Assembly (NCBI GenBank): GCA_964016885.1
Contig: OZ024741.1
Span: 174,902,001-174,966,000, forward strand
Length of the DNA stretch: 64,000 nucleotides
From: Eledone cirrhosa
Lineage: Eukaryota
Reading direction: 5' to 3'
The notes under the pieces were generated by a model. It did not search any database. It saw only the letters and a list, made by a program, of their open reading frames with translations, and was not told the DNA's origin. The position numbers and the translations under genes were made by a program. Positions 1-14,918 of this stretch are shown here, piece after piece. The number at the start of each line of letters is the position of its first letter. Position 1 is the stretch's first letter.

Positions 1-114
1 ACGTATGTGTGTGTGTGGTAAATGGTTGCTCTGTTATATAAACGATTGATCTGGAATATCATTGCTGCTTGAATTGCTTCCTTTAAATCCTCTGCTGGCA
101 GTTCTTCGATCATT

Positions 115-168
<54 letters not shown>

Positions 169-205
169 CATTGCTATTACTACTACCATCACCACTGCTA
201 CTACT
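115..205. repeat. (TAC)n microsatellite; other simple repeats include (TA)n at about 14877-14914, 23704-23751 and 57964-58019
   Basis: Directly visible in the sequence. Confidence 0.95.
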
Positions 206-1949
206 TTATGTAATTTCTTTTCAGTTTTATCACAATAATTACTTTTGTCATATTGTTGGTCTAAATATTTCAGTACCCTCACTCCCCCAGATTTTAATTC
301 TCTTTTTTATCTTCTCCTTCTCTTCCCTTTCCTTTTCTCATTTTTTAAAATCAATATTTCATGCTAGTTTTAACTTTTCCTTCTCAATAAAATTCAAGCA
401 GATCACTTAATTCAATTAGTAATAATAGTTCAATACTGTTCTGAACTGCTTTCTCTAAAAAACCCATTATATGAGAGAATATATTAGTTTATTATTATTA
501 TTGTTATTATTATTATTATTATTGTAAGGTGGTGGTTTCGTAGTATCGGTAGCGCATTGGACATGCTTTGTGGCATAGAGTTACGGCCCTTTACGACCTG
601 AGTTCAAATCCTGCTGAGGTTATCTTTGCCTTTCATCCTTACAGGATCGATAAAATACCAGTAATGCACTGGGGTCAATTTAATCGACTCTCCCCTCCCC
701 CAAAATTGTTGGCCTTGTGCCTTGTATGTACTAACATTGGAGTCACTACTGCACAAATTGAAGATGTTGAGGGGCATCCTGCATGAACTATGATGCACAA
801 GACCAGTGATGTCTCTGTTATGTTGTCGAGCACCAAGCACGTTGAGCTGATCGGCACAGTCCTATGAAAGTATGAAGCGATGACAGGAGCATGAATTAAC
901 CAGGAAAACTGGATGGGCCTGCGACTTGGCACCCAGACAGGCAAGTCCATGTTGTCTGACAGCATCGTCAGATGCTAGACAGACGGACCTGCTAAATTGC
1001 TCTGGATCTGGTTTCGTTCAGACCTCCAGGTCTTCAAAAACTAGAACAAAGTAACTAGCAGGGTAACCACTAGAAATGGGTCAAGAGGAAGCTATCTCTG
1101 AACGGTCGGTTGGAGGTGGCGAATGCATATATCACATCTGTCATCTACTACCGTGGAGGCACGTGGTCTAGTGGTAAGGGTGTTGGACTTACGATCATAA
1201 TGTCGTGGGTTTGATTCCTGGGTTGAGTACCAGCAATAGCTGGGGGTTTATTTAACCCTGCAATGGACTGGCGTCCTGTCCAGGAGGGAGTCTTGTTCTC
1301 TCAGTGGCTTCACACCATGAAACCGGGATAAGTACCGGCCAAATGAGCCTTCTGGCTTAAGACAGTCTTTAGACTTAGATATTTACTACTGCCTGACTGT
1401 CTTGCTTTGCTCCGGTCTATGTCTGGCCTCAATGGAGTGTCTACTCTTTGGCTTTTTTGTGGAAGGGACACATTCCAATCTTCACAATGGTCCACTTGTG
1501 TCAACAGCCACTGCATGGAGGACTGGGTATGCCGTAGCTTTTGGTGTGTAAACATAAGACTGGAGCCCCTGTCATTAATATTCCTGAGAAATCTCCTTTC
1601 AGATGCAAACACATATGAGACCAGCTAAACCTTCATAGGTGTGAACTGTAGATTTCATTTTCTTTTCCTCGTAAAAATGTTGCTGCTGCTATCAATTTCT
1701 AGACAAATTTATTTGCTCACAAGATCTGATTTTCTTTTTTTTTAATCCACTTCTAAATACATAAGTAGTTTGAGTATATTTAGAGCAAGTTAGTTGTGAT
1801 ATTTTGTTTGTTTTTATTTATAGGTTTCTTACAATCCAGTCTACTAATGATCGCTAGTAATAATAATAATAGTAGTAGTTGTAGTCATCATCATCAGTAA
1901 TAATGATAAGAAAAACAATAATTTAATGATACTGTTTATTTCATTTCAG

Positions 1950-1998
1950 GTTTATCAAATAAAGAAGTTAATCTCATTGAAATTGTACAGTGTCTAGG
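1950..1998 (+). CDS. MMS19: MMS19 coding exon w1 (LSNKEVNLIEIVQCLG)
   Basis: tttcag acceptor, gtaagt donor; aligns by eye with human NYTVLQVVEALG. Confidence 0.8.
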
Positions 1999-4900
1999 GT
2001 AAGTATTGTGATTTCCCTCTAATATTTCAGTTAAGAAATTAACCCTTTTGATACTAAACTACCCTTGTTTTATTATACACATCTGTGCATTTTAAAATGA
2101 AATGTTCAGACTTATATTAAAACCCCCTTCTCAGCATCTGGGGGCAGATTCCTGTTGAAGCAACTGTTTCCAATTGATCCAATTGGATTCACAAGCAAGA
2201 CCAGCTGAGCTCATGTGATCTACTGGGTCTCATGTTGGTTGGTTTTGCCTGTAAAATCTGTCCACATACTTGTAGTATCGGAGTTGGGACCTCTCAATTC
2301 GGAGAAGTGGAAACTTTACCTAGAGGGACTCTCTGATCTCCGAGCTATGCACTCTATCAAGTAACGGTACTCCAAAGACCCTTGGCAGGAACGCTATTTT
2401 GGCAGCTTGTATTTGTGATCTTATTCTTTTGGCCATTACCTAAGATTCATGACCATAGGTAAGGGTTGGCATGAACACCGAATTGAAGATAGTGAGTTTG
2501 GCTTTTACATCTACCTCCGTTCTTCTGATTACCAAATGCTGAAGCTGGTGCATTAATGTTCCAGCTCCTGCAATTCTTACATTTAATTCAGCCTCCTGCC
2601 TTCCATCATATGGCTCCGAGATACTTGAACTTTTCTACCTGCTTTAGTGGAGCCCCACTTACATATAGAGTACACTGTGCAGGCGTCCTTGAGAAAACAA
2701 GTGTCTCAGTTTTTGCAGCAATGATTTTCATTCCAGCCAGGCAGCACTCGGCATCAAACCTATCAAGCACATGTTGAAGATCACCTTCTGAGCGTGTGCT
2801 TTGGTGATTCATCTGAACATTGATCGTAGATTCTTTCAGCTGATCTGACCAGATTAGGCATCCCTATGCTTACACTATCCATGGTACTGCTGTTCCTGAT
2901 ATCTTGCGCATGGTTAAATGCACCCATCCATATCTTAAAACCTTCTATCATAATTTTATTTAATCCGTTAGCATTTACATTATTCTATATATACTATTGT
3001 ATTTTCAAGGTAAACAATCTATGAGATTTTGATATTATTTATTTGAGAACAATGCTTTAACATAAGTATGAGCAGCCAGTTACAGCCGGTTTGAACAGAT
3101 AGAGTTGAGAGAATTCTGGCTGGATACGGCTTATTTAACCTTTTAGCATTTAAACCGGCTGTATCTGGCCAGAATTCACTCACCCTTTTCTGTTTAAACC
3201 ACTGTAACTGGCCACTCATACTGATGTTAAGTTATTGTTCTCAAAATAAATAACATCAAAATCTCATAGATTCGATACTATGTGAGATAATTCTGTAAGA
3301 TAAAGCCTTTACCACAAAAATACAATAGTATATATAGAGTAATGTAAATGATAAAAGGTTAAGACATTTTTGTGAAGTAATGTTACAAACCTCAGCTTAC
3401 TAATAAAATTTTCACAGTGTATTTCATGAGAAATATGGTAACAAAAGAATTAATTACATGTAGTGTACAATGGCTGTTGTCATTGTGTTACAAATCCTCA
3501 CTGAGCAATGTGACGTCAATGGTTGTTATTGTATTACAAACTCTCACTGAGCAATGTGGCGTTGGAGTCGATTTCAACGTTAGAATTCCATAAGTTGACT
3601 GCTGTAATATAATTATCATTGATGGGAAATGTGGATCGGTAGATTGGTAGTGTCGGTAGAGGGTCAGACGCCATGCTTTGCAGTATAGAGTTACTGCCCT
3701 TTACGGTCTGAGTTCAAATCCCGCTGAGGTTAACTTTGCCTTTCATCCTTATGGGGGTTGATAAAATAAAGTACCAGTAATGCACTGGGATAATTGCTGC
3801 CTTGTGCCAAAAGTAGAAACAATTATTATTAAGCCTTTCTTTAGCATATTTCCAATGAAACACACAGCTTATGATTTTCAAATAATTAAAATAGTCAAGT
3901 ATTCAGAGAGATGTAATGAAATAACTTTTTCATTATTAAACTGGTCGACATAAAAATGATGATTATATATCATCATCATCATCATCATCGTTTAACGTCC
4001 ATGTTCCACGCTTGCATGGGTTTGGACGGGAGTTTTCCCACTTGAGGCAAGAGTGGTTGTCTTGCTCGCATAGGACTGTCTGGCGGGTTTTCTACAGCTG
4101 GATGCCCTTCCTAACACCAACCACATTTACAGTGTGGGGCTGGGAGGTTTTTACCGTGTTGCCTACACGGCCACATTACAGCGTGGACTGTCTGGCGGGT
4201 TTTCTACAGCCGGATGCCCTTCCTAACACCAACCACATTTACAGTGTGGGGCTGGGAGGTTTTTACCGTGTTGCCTACACGGCCACATTACAGCGTGGAC
4301 TGTCTGGCGGGTTTTCTACAGCCGGATGCCCTTCCTAACACCAACCACATTTACAGTGTGGGGCTGGGAGGTTTTTACCGTGTTGCCTACACGGCCACAT
4401 TACAGCGTGGACTGTCTGGCGGGTTTTCTACAGCCGGATGCCCTTCCTAACACCAACCACATTTACAGTGTGGGGCTGGGAGGTTTTTACCGTGTTGCCT
4501 ACACGGCCACATTACAGCGTGGACTGTCTGGCGGGTTTTCTACAGCCGGATGCCCTTCCTAACACCAACCACATTTACAGTGTGGGGCTGGGAGGTTTTT
4601 ACCGTGTTGCCTACACGGCCACATTACAGCGTGGACTGTGTGTTTTTTTGTCGTGACACCTACACGATCTCATTTGTTTCGGCCTGGATGTTGTGGCACC
4701 AACGTAACTTTACATTGAAAGGGGCGGTGTGGATGGGGTGGGGGTGGTGTGACGGGGGCATATTTTGTTAGAGATGCCTACTGACTGTAGTAGGTTTACT
4801 TTGTATTTAGGCAAGGCGGGTCTTCTCTATTACTGAGTACCGCCAAAGATCTCGGTCCAGTGACATTGTCTTGGAGAGGTGTAAGTGTGTGAGGTCGGAA

Positions 4901-7900
4901 TTTATCAGCTCGTCCCAGGTTTTTCTGGGTCTGCCTACTCCGTAGCTACCGTCTATCTTTATTGCCCTGCACTTTGTTATACAGCTGTCGTCTTTCATGC
5001 GCATCACGTGACCATACCAACGTAGCCTTCTCTCGAGTAAACAACATCTGATCCCTCTTATTTCTAATTTTTTCCTTAGTTCGCTTATGCTTTGCCGTTC
5101 ACGTATGTTACTATTACACATCCAGCGGAGCATGCAAGCTTCGTTCCTCTCTAGTCTGCGTATATCCTCTGCACACAATGCCCAGGTCTCACTGCCATGC
5201 AACATTGCTGTTCGTATGCAGGCATCATACAACCTGCCTTTCATTTTTAGGGAGAACCCTTTAGCGGCTAATAGTGGTATAAGCTCTCTGAACTTTTTCC
5301 ATCCAGTTCTGACTCTAGCTACTGTACTTTCAGAGCACCCTCCCCCACTGCTGATTTTGTCACCCAGGTAACGGAAGCTGTCCACTATTTCTATAGAACC
5401 CTCTGCGCAATTGAAAGAGCTAGTATTTTGTGGGCACTTGCTGCTACTTATTGCACCAGAGCACCGGCCACATGTAAAATCTATGTTCTTAGTTAGCTTA
5501 CCTGTGATCCCACTACATCTTTTATGCACCCATACTTTGCATTTGGGACATAAAATGGAGTTTCTACCTACGCCTTTCCTACACACTGAGCATGGCCATT
5601 TCCCGGAAGGGTCCGCCGCCTTATTTTCTTTCCTACAAACTAGAACTTTAGTCTTAGCCAGGTTAATTTTAAGGCCTTTTGATTCTAGGCCGTGATTCCA
5701 TGTTTGGAATTTCTTCTCTAGCTCGGCCATTGATTCAGCTATGAGCATTAGATCATCTGCGTATAGGAGTTCCCATGGGCAGCCGGTCTTGAACTCCACT
5801 GTTATAGCCTGAAGGGCAATAATAAATAGTAGGGGGCTAAGAACAGAGCTCTGGTGAACACCAACTTTTACGCTAAACTCTTCACTATATTCGTTGTTAA
5901 TTCTAACCTTGCTGACTGTTTCTTTATACATGGCTTGTATAGCTCTCACAAGCCATTCGTCAACACCTAGTTTTCTAAGAGCCCACCAGATAATGGAACG
6001 GGGGACTCTGTCGAAGGCTTTCTCCAAGTCAACAAAAGCTAAGTATAGGGGTTTACTTTTAGCTAGGTACTTCTCTTGTAGTTGTCGTACAATGAAAAGA
6101 GCGTCTGTGGTACTTTTGCCTGACACAAACCCGAACTGCATTTCATCTAGATCAATTCTCTCTCTGATTAGTTGTGCTATTACTTTTTCTGTGACCTTCA
6201 TGACCTGGTCGATTAATTTAATGCCTCTATAGTTACTCCTATCTAGGGCATCTCCTTTACCCTTGTAACAGTTAATGATGATGCTGCTACGCCAGTCCTT
6301 CGGAACAACCCCATTCTGTATGAGTTGGTTTACTATCCGGGTGACCATGGTGTGTCCCACCGTTCCAGAGGCTTTCAGCATCTCAGCAACTATTTCCGAA
6401 GGCCCAGCCGCTTTACCCGTCTTCATATCTTTGATTGCCTTACTTATTATACTACCTTCGACTAACACTGCTGGTCCCTCTATATATATATTGTTGTTTA
6501 ACCTTTTTACACATAAAATCACCTTGTTTTAAAGTTAAGCTCAACAGGATTGGTATTCAGAGCAAGGCATTTTGTTTGGCAACCTAATGACTCTGCCAAT
6601 TCACCACCTTAGTATGTAAACTAGTGAGAAAAAGGCAAGATGGAACCTTTAGCATTTACATTACTCTATATTTACTATTATATGTTCACGGTAAAGGCTT
6701 TACCTCACATAATATCAAATCTTGTTGTTGACAATGAAGTAGGTGGTCGATTTGGCAGTTGTTAGAGTCTTGCATATTTGTTCCTGTTCTCTGCATTATA
6801 AGTTTAAATTCCGCCAAGGTCCACTTTAATTTTCATCCTTTTTGATGTCAATAAATAAAGTACTGGCCCAGTGCTGTTAAAGCCCTTTCTCCTTCCAGCT
6901 GCCACATCCTGGATGTTCCACTGGATCAAGAAAGGAAGGGTCAAAACAATGTCTGTGTTTGCTTGCAGCTGCATTGGCATCTGAAGCCCTTAATGAAAGC
7001 ATGGTATATACTACCAAGTCATACTTGATTGTGAGTGATGGCTGTAGTTTAGTACTAGTAAAGACCCACCTTTGGTTACGAATGACTATGGGATTTGCAC
7101 CTAAAAAGTTCCCCTCAGAGGCACAAGTTTGGGCAAGGTTGTTTGTGGAAGACGAGTGGAATTTGAATTTTGAATGTAAAGAACCAGAACAAATAACTTA
7201 ACCCTTTTATTACCACATTTCTAATGAAAGACACTGCCTATGGTTTTCAAGTAATTTTGAAAATAATCAAAAATTTAGAGGATTTTATAATATAACTCAT
7301 TTTCTCATTATTAAGTTGGTGTTTGGACTGTAACTCAAAAAAGATTTGGTAGGATTTTAGAAAGAGTGGTTTAAAGTAATTTGGCATCAAAACAGTTGAG
7401 GCACTTTTCTTACACTCAAAGAAATTTACCAATCCATTCTTGAAGGTGGTAAAATAATGCTATAACACACTAGGTGGTCAATTTCAATTTGCTGTGGTAC
7501 AACCTTCCCTATAGAAGTTGGCCTTATGCTTAACCAAAAAGAATCAATATAGCTAATAATAATAACAATAACTATGAGGAAAAAAGAAAACAAAGAAGAA
7601 ACAGCAACAACATTTGTGAAAAACATAAAATCTAAATTGAAAATATGCCATGTTAAAATGATGAGAAGATAAACTCTTACAAGCCTAATACCCAAAGAAG
7701 CTGAATAGAGACTAACTAGATAAACAAAACTCACAGAACTGACTGCAAAGCAGTGGACTAAAAGATAAGATGGAAGGATTTCTAATGGCAGCACAAGATC
7801 AAAGCCTCCCCATCAGAAACCACCAGAAGTATATATTGTGCAGAACATGGCATATAACTGCAGAATATGTAGAGGTGGGGATGAAACAATTAACCACATT

Positions 7901-10900
7901 ATCTCTGGCTGCCCAGTCGTAGCCAAAAAGAGTTGGGACCTACATACACTGGACGTTATGCCAATATTATGAAATATCAACAGAAAAATGATGGTACAGA
8001 CATAAACCAAAAAAGGTGTCAGGGAATGACAAAGCAACCGTTCTCTGGGATATGCCAATACACACAGACAGGGAGATCAAAGCCAACCAACTAGATATTA
8101 TAGTCAAAGACCACAAAGAATAATGTCTTTTAATTGATGTATCATCCCCACAGATGACAATATATCTAACAAGGAAATGGAGAAATTATCCAAATATAAA
8201 GATCTGGTGATAGAAATAACCCAAATGTGGTTGATGAAAAGAGAAACAATCCCTATAATAATAGGTGCACTGGGAATGATTAAAAAAAACACACAGTTAG
8301 ATACATAACGAAAACCCCAGGACTTACAAATACATACATCATAAAAAAAAAATAGCCTTACTAGGCACTGCACACACATTACAAAGAGTACTTTCAATCC
8401 AATAGAAACAATACCCCCCAAAAAACCCACACTGCACATACCCAAGGTACTCGATAATGCAGTGATGATGCACAATAAAAATAAGACTAATAATTGTTTC
8501 TACTTTTGGCACAAGGACAGCAATTATCACAGTGCATTACTGGTGCTTTATTTTATCGACCCCGCAAGGATGAAAGGCAAAGTTAACCTCGGCGGGATTT
8601 GAACTCAGACTGTAAAGGGCCGTAACTCCATGCTGCAAAGCATGGCGTCCGACCCTCTACCGATACTGCCAATCCAATGGTTTCTAATTTAAGCACAAGG
8701 CCAGCAATTTTAGCAGATGGAGAAAGTCAATTAAATCGACCCTAATATTAGACTGGTACATTGTTTTGATGAACATGGGTGGGTGAAAGGCAAAGTTGAC
8801 CTCTGCTGGATTGGAACTCAGAACATAAAGGACCATATCTAAATATTGTAAAGCACTTTAGTCTATCACTCCAATCCACCACCCTTTTTGTTCTAACTTT
8901 GGCATAAGGCCAGCAGTTTCTGGGGTGAAGGGAAAGTTGATTATATGTATCTCAGTATTTGACTAGTACTTTATTTTATCGACCTTGGGAGGATGAAAGA
9001 CACTTGGCAGGATTTGAACTCCGGAAGTAAAGAGTTGAAACCAATGCTAAGCAGTTTGTCTGATGGTCTAACAACTTTGCCAATTCACCACCTTAATAAT
9101 ATTAATATGCATTTCTGAAACTACAGTTGTATCGTGAAATAACACAAGATAAAAAAAAAATAATAGAAAAAATATGCATATTAAGTGGGTAACATGAGGT
9201 GTCATGAGAAAGTGACTCCTATCTGTATAATATGTAAGGATTATATATACCTACAAGACTACTCTGAGCATTTAAGGCACTCACCACTGCTAAGTATTTA
9301 ACATTTTTCTGTATATTATGTAAGATAAGATAAAAAGAAAAAACAACACATGTTGGTGTCTATTGTGTAAGATAAAAGTATATAGCACTTTGTTTATTTT
9401 CTTTGTTTTTAACAGAGTTGCAGTGGATGTACTTGTGTGTGTGTATATATATATTCAACAGTCTTTTATATAAAGTACTTTTGTGCCAAATACTTGTTAA
9501 ATAATATATATGCTTTTTTTTTGTCAGTTTACCAAAAAGCAAGTTTATTGCCGGTTGTTAATTCAAACATAGTGGCTGAGTGGTTAAGGTCACCAGCCAA
9601 AACTCTAAAACTGACATTATTAGTAGTACTAATGTTAGTAATATTAGTAGTTGTAGTACTAGTAGTAGTAATCAGTGGTGGGGGTGGTAGTAGTAGTAGT
9701 AGTAGTGTAGTGGTTATGACATCATGCATGTTTCTGTAGCTTTCACTAATCATGTTAAAAATAGGTAGTCTTATGTCAAATGTTGAATGCCTTATGTTGT
9801 GGTTGAGTGGAAGAATGCACAGCTATAAAACATCTAATTTAACTCTTTGTGTTTAAAAAAAATGTACTGATAGGTCTTCTACCATGCCTTTGATATCAAA
9901 GATGTACTGGTAGATCTACCTTCTCCCACCCCTTGTCTGCCTAACACACTGGTACATATGTAATGTTACATTTTAGTTTAATTTAGATTAGTTTCTGATG
10001 TACTGAGCCAAACAAAGTAAATGAAGCAAATTTATTCTAAATATCTCGTTTATTTTATTTTTAACAGTTTTTTTTAATGTAAAAATTAATGGGTAATTGT
10101 GACATGTGGTAGTAAAGTAACTAAAGACTGCACTAGTATTTGTTAAATAATTTTTTCCATGAACAAAGCTTAAAACTTAAAAAAAAAGCAAATTATTTAA
10201 AAATCTATAACAAGGCAAATACAATAAATTCATCTTCAAAACTTTTTGGTGATTTGAATTTTTTTTCTATTGCTTAACCATGAAGGGCCTCGAAGACTGG
10301 AGGGAATTAGGAAAAGATCCTCAAATTAGAAACATGAACTAAAACCTTCCAACAAAGTGGACTCCACTGTAGACATGCCAATGATCAAGTGTGTGATAGA
10401 TTAACCTTTTCGTTAGCATATTTCTAATGGAAGGCACTGCCTATGATTTTTAATTAATTTTGAAAATAATCAAGACTTTAGCAAGATTCAGTAAAATAAT
10501 AACTTAAAATAACAACATTGAGTTGGTATTTGGAACATAAAGGTTCTTACATGAAGTTAGGTTGGAAGGTTTTTAGATAGTTTTAAATATATTGGTTTGT
10601 ATTATAGAACCAAAGGTGGTTTCATGCAGATTGGTAACATTTCAATGGGATTAACTGGGTGGCAAATCAAGTTTATCACCTAAGTAGGCCATGGTGGGAT
10701 TTGAACTCAGAATGCAAAATGCCAGCACAAATAGAACAAAGAATCCTGTCTGATGCTCTAATACTGCCAGTCCAACACCCTTGACTGATAAATACATAAA
10801 ATGAAGGTCTTGGGTTCAATCTCACTGCATCATGTCTTGTGAAAGTTTCATTTACCACAACAGCAGGTTGACATATGTCTTGTCAGTGAAATTGGGTAGA

Positions 10901-13900
10901 CAGGAACTGTTTGGAAGCCTGTCAGATGGACTCTACTTAGAATTCAAAGGGGCCTTTCTTGTCAGACTATCATGCTGAATCTTCCTGACAATTTCCTTAA
11001 GGGTACATATGTTTGTGAAATGCTTAGTCACTTGCACATTAATTTCATGAGCAGGCTGCATATTTATTTTAAGAGAAAGCTGTTGTGTTGATTGGATAAC
11101 TGGGATGCTCATTGTTGAAACCAGTGAAGGTCCTTTCCATTTAACCTAGCTATGTTTGTGTGTAAATAAAAGAGAGAGGGAGGAAAAGGCTAAACATTGT
11201 GAGAAAGCAGATTTACTTAATTATTTCGATATAATTATTTTGGGAAGTACTAAGAAATTCTAGTGGCAGGGAGCTACAGTATGGAGTGACCAAGGAAGAC
11301 CTGGGCAGCAGTTGTGAGAGCTGATCTCAAATCACTGTAGCCCATAGAGGAAATACAAAAGATCACAGTGAGTGAAGAGATGCTGTACTGGTTAAAAAAA
11401 ACCATCCAGCTCATGCTAACATAGAAACGTAGATATAAAGTTATGGTGGTGTTGATGATGAAATATGCCTAATTTTTTCTTTTCTCTTTCTAGCTCAGCA
11501 TTAACAACTTCAGGCCTTAGTCGAAGGGCTGATGGTACAAAGTTGCTATGTGATGCTCTTCATCAAATTCCACAAGATTTATTAAATTTTGCTGAAGGTA
11601 TACTTCTTCTTCTTGTCATTGTTGTTGTCAATAAAAATTATAATAATGCTGTGGAGGGGTAGAAACAGAAAGTGCTCTCTCCTTTCTAGGTTTAAACCCT
11701 GCTGGGTGTGTTATGGTTGTGAGTGTGCTGTTATGTTGTGGGTGTGCTGTTGTGTTGCTTGTGTGTTATTGTTGTGTTGTGCTTGTGTTATTGTTGTGTT
11801 GTGAGTATATTATGGAATTAGATGTGTCATTGTGTTATAGATGTGATTTGGGTGTGCTGTAGTTGTAGGTGTATTAGTGCTGTTGACAAGACATATGTCA
11901 ACCGGTTGTACTGTGGTTCTGTTATGGTTGTGTATGTCTTATGGATGTGTGTGTGTCTTATTGCTGTGGGTGTGTTCTGACCATGTAGATTGTGTGTTGT
12001 TGTGTGATAGATGTGTTGTGAATATGTAGTTTTGGTTGTATTGGGAAGTATGAGTCTATAAATTAATATTTAACATGTAAATCTCTTTTTTACAGTGAAG
12101 TTACTCTGCTCATTTCTCTGTGATCGTCTTGGAGATCATCATTCTCTTCAGCCTGCAGCTCTCCATGGCCTTGCCGCTCTTGTACGTTGACTTATATTTC
12201 ATTAATGAAATTGCTGTTAAATTGATCCTGATATTATTGGTGTTATGCATTATTTATATATCATGTTGCATGATTGTGGGATATACAAAGGCTGGAAATA
12301 AAAGAAGCAAGCATGCTTCAGTGGATGTGCAATATTAACCCTTTAGCATTTACATTACTCTATATATACTACTGTATTTTTGTAGTAAAGGCTTTGTTAC
12401 ATAATTATCTCACATACTATCAAATCTACAAGATTTTGATGTTATTTATTTTGAGAACAATACCTTAACATCAGTATGAGCAGCTGGTTATGGCCAGTTT
12501 GAGCAACAGGAGGTGAGAGAATTCTGGCCAGATATGGCTGGTTTAAATGCTAAAGGGTTCATGTGTGTGAATGATTTTGTATGAACATTCTAGTAAAACT
12601 AAATTCAAACATTTTCAAATTGGTTTTGGTATTTAAAAAATTTTTAATTTGAAATTTATCTGCAGAGCTGTTCTGCTAGAGAACAGGTTGCAGATGGCAG
12701 ATAGCGATACAGCCACCAGATATGATGGCTGGTTGCGATATAAGTGAGCAACTGCTGGATGAATAAGCAATCCTGGACTAACACCGGTAAACTGCTAGGG
12801 GAGACAGAGCAATGGGTGACACCTGTAGCTCCCAAGGAAACTCTCACAACCCAGTGATGTAGCTATGATGAGGCGAGTAAAGGCCACCTCTAAAAAAAAA
12901 CCTAGTCTTTGCGGGTTTGACAAAGCACCAGATTGATGACTGGTGTGAACAAAACCACTGAAACTGAAATTACAATATGATAAGAAGAAATTTGTCTGCT
13001 TTTATTATGAAAATCTACCACAATTCATATTATGACTATTAAATTGTATAGGACAGACACACTAGCTGCCCAGCATATGGCAGATGCATGGTTTGTTTCC
13101 CAACTTAGACTATTTTATAGACATTATATGAATTGTGGTGGATTGGCAGTATCGGTAGAGGGTCAGACGCCATGCTTTGCAGCACCGTTACGTCCCTTTA
13201 CAAACTGAGTTCAAATCCCGCCGAGGTTAACTTTGCCTTTCATCTTTACAGGGTCGATAAAATAAAGTACCAGTAATGTACTGGGTAATTGCTGGCCTTG
13301 TGCCAAAAGTAGAAACAATTATTTGAATTGTGGAGGTTTTTCACAATAAAAGCAAATAAATTAAAAATTTTCAAGCCTGTCTAGTTTCTTCATAAACATT
13401 TTTTAATATTTAAAAAAAATTTTAATTTATATTTTTTTAATTTAAAAAATTACTATTTCAGAGCAACTGTTGTAATATGCCCTCTACACTACCCGAAAAA
13501 TTATGTCGGGGGATATTTCGAGAGGTTCAGAGTCCAACCTTAGCCCAGAAAGACCGTTATTCTGTATATACTATTATCTATAATTTGCTTGTAACAAAGT
13601 TAGAAGGTAAGTTGTCAAAAAAAACAACAGATTTTTACATAGTAACATTTTATTTATTTTGCAGTGACTCAACAGTTTCACCAATACTATTAGCATCTTG
13701 AAACTTTTGAGAAACCAGTAGTGTTGGCGAAAGTTTGATATTATTTTGACTATACAAACTGTACATGTTAGTGTTCTTAGATATTTGCATAGGATGACCT
13801 ATCCCCCCCCACAAAAAAAAAAACCTAATGATATTTGGTTATGTTGAAGTCTACAAAATAAGTAGTTCACAAAATATTTGGGTTGATCTAACTGAGTAAA

Positions 13901-14863
13901 ACTCTTGTAGCAGATGTCCCAGTATGGCTGTGGTCCAATGACTGAAACCATTAAAAATTAAAAGAATAAGCAAATGTAATTTTTGCCAGTTTCCATAAAG
14001 CTATTCACTATAGCTAACAGATATCACATGCCAGCATATATAAATAGATCTACTCAGTAATAGATAATGGATATCACGTGCCAGTATTTTCAAATATAGC
14101 TATTCACTATAGCTAAGAGATACCACATGTCAGTATACTTAAATAAAGCTACTCACTATAGCTAATGGATATCACTTGCCAGTAATCGAAATAAACATTA
14201 GATATACAAAATTTATGATTCTATATCTACTTACAAGAACAAGTAATTTTATGACTATCTTTCCACTAAAATCAGTAAGCCTTGTGAACCTTATGACAAG
14301 CTTTATACTCATCTTTGCTTTTTTTTGAGGTAATGTTTTATGGTTGGATGTCTTTCTTGACACCAACCCTCTTAGTCGGCTCTTACAACATGCACAGACA
14401 CAATGTATCTTTTCTAAATTAGATATACAGTGCCAAAAAATTTATATTTATTTGTGGTGTAAAAAATATTTTCTCAATAATGATTGTTTGTCTAAAATTC
14501 TTAAGAACAGTTTTGAATATATAAAAATGTAACTTTTTAAAACCTTCAAATTTCAGAAATATTAAAACAAGTCTTATTTTAAAAAAAAATTCTTTTTCTT
14601 TTCAATGAAAGAATTAAGAAAAATGGGAGATGATTTTGTGTGTGGTTTTATTCAAGCAATGGATGGTGAGAGGGACCCTCGCAATCTTCAACTGGCCTTT
14701 CAGTGTGCAGAGATGATTATCAGACAACTTTCGCTAGGTAAGACAGCCATAACTTTGTATTCAGCTGGACATCATCACCGTCAACTTAATCATTCAACCA
14801 AACAAAAATGCACCCGAAATATATTAAATTTAGTTTTAAAGCAATTCGGCCATTAATACATAC

Positions 14864-14918
<55 letters not shown>

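Noticed and set aside
1-1949. MMS19 first (ATG) exon or promoter
   Set aside because: I found no ATG-to-GT exon in the required phase with MMS19-like sequence. The region is microsatellite, SINE and decayed TE-like DNA.
4012-4771. Repeated 72-108-aa ORFs (MPFLTPTTFTVWGWEV...)
   Set aside because: Antisense translations of the 112-bp tandem repeat in the RTE 3' UTR.
6484-6522. N-terminal MILCVKRLNNNIY of the 571-aa ORF as a real start
   Set aside because: It is flanking sequence beyond the 5' truncation point. The endonuclease domain is absent, so the copy is not autonomous.
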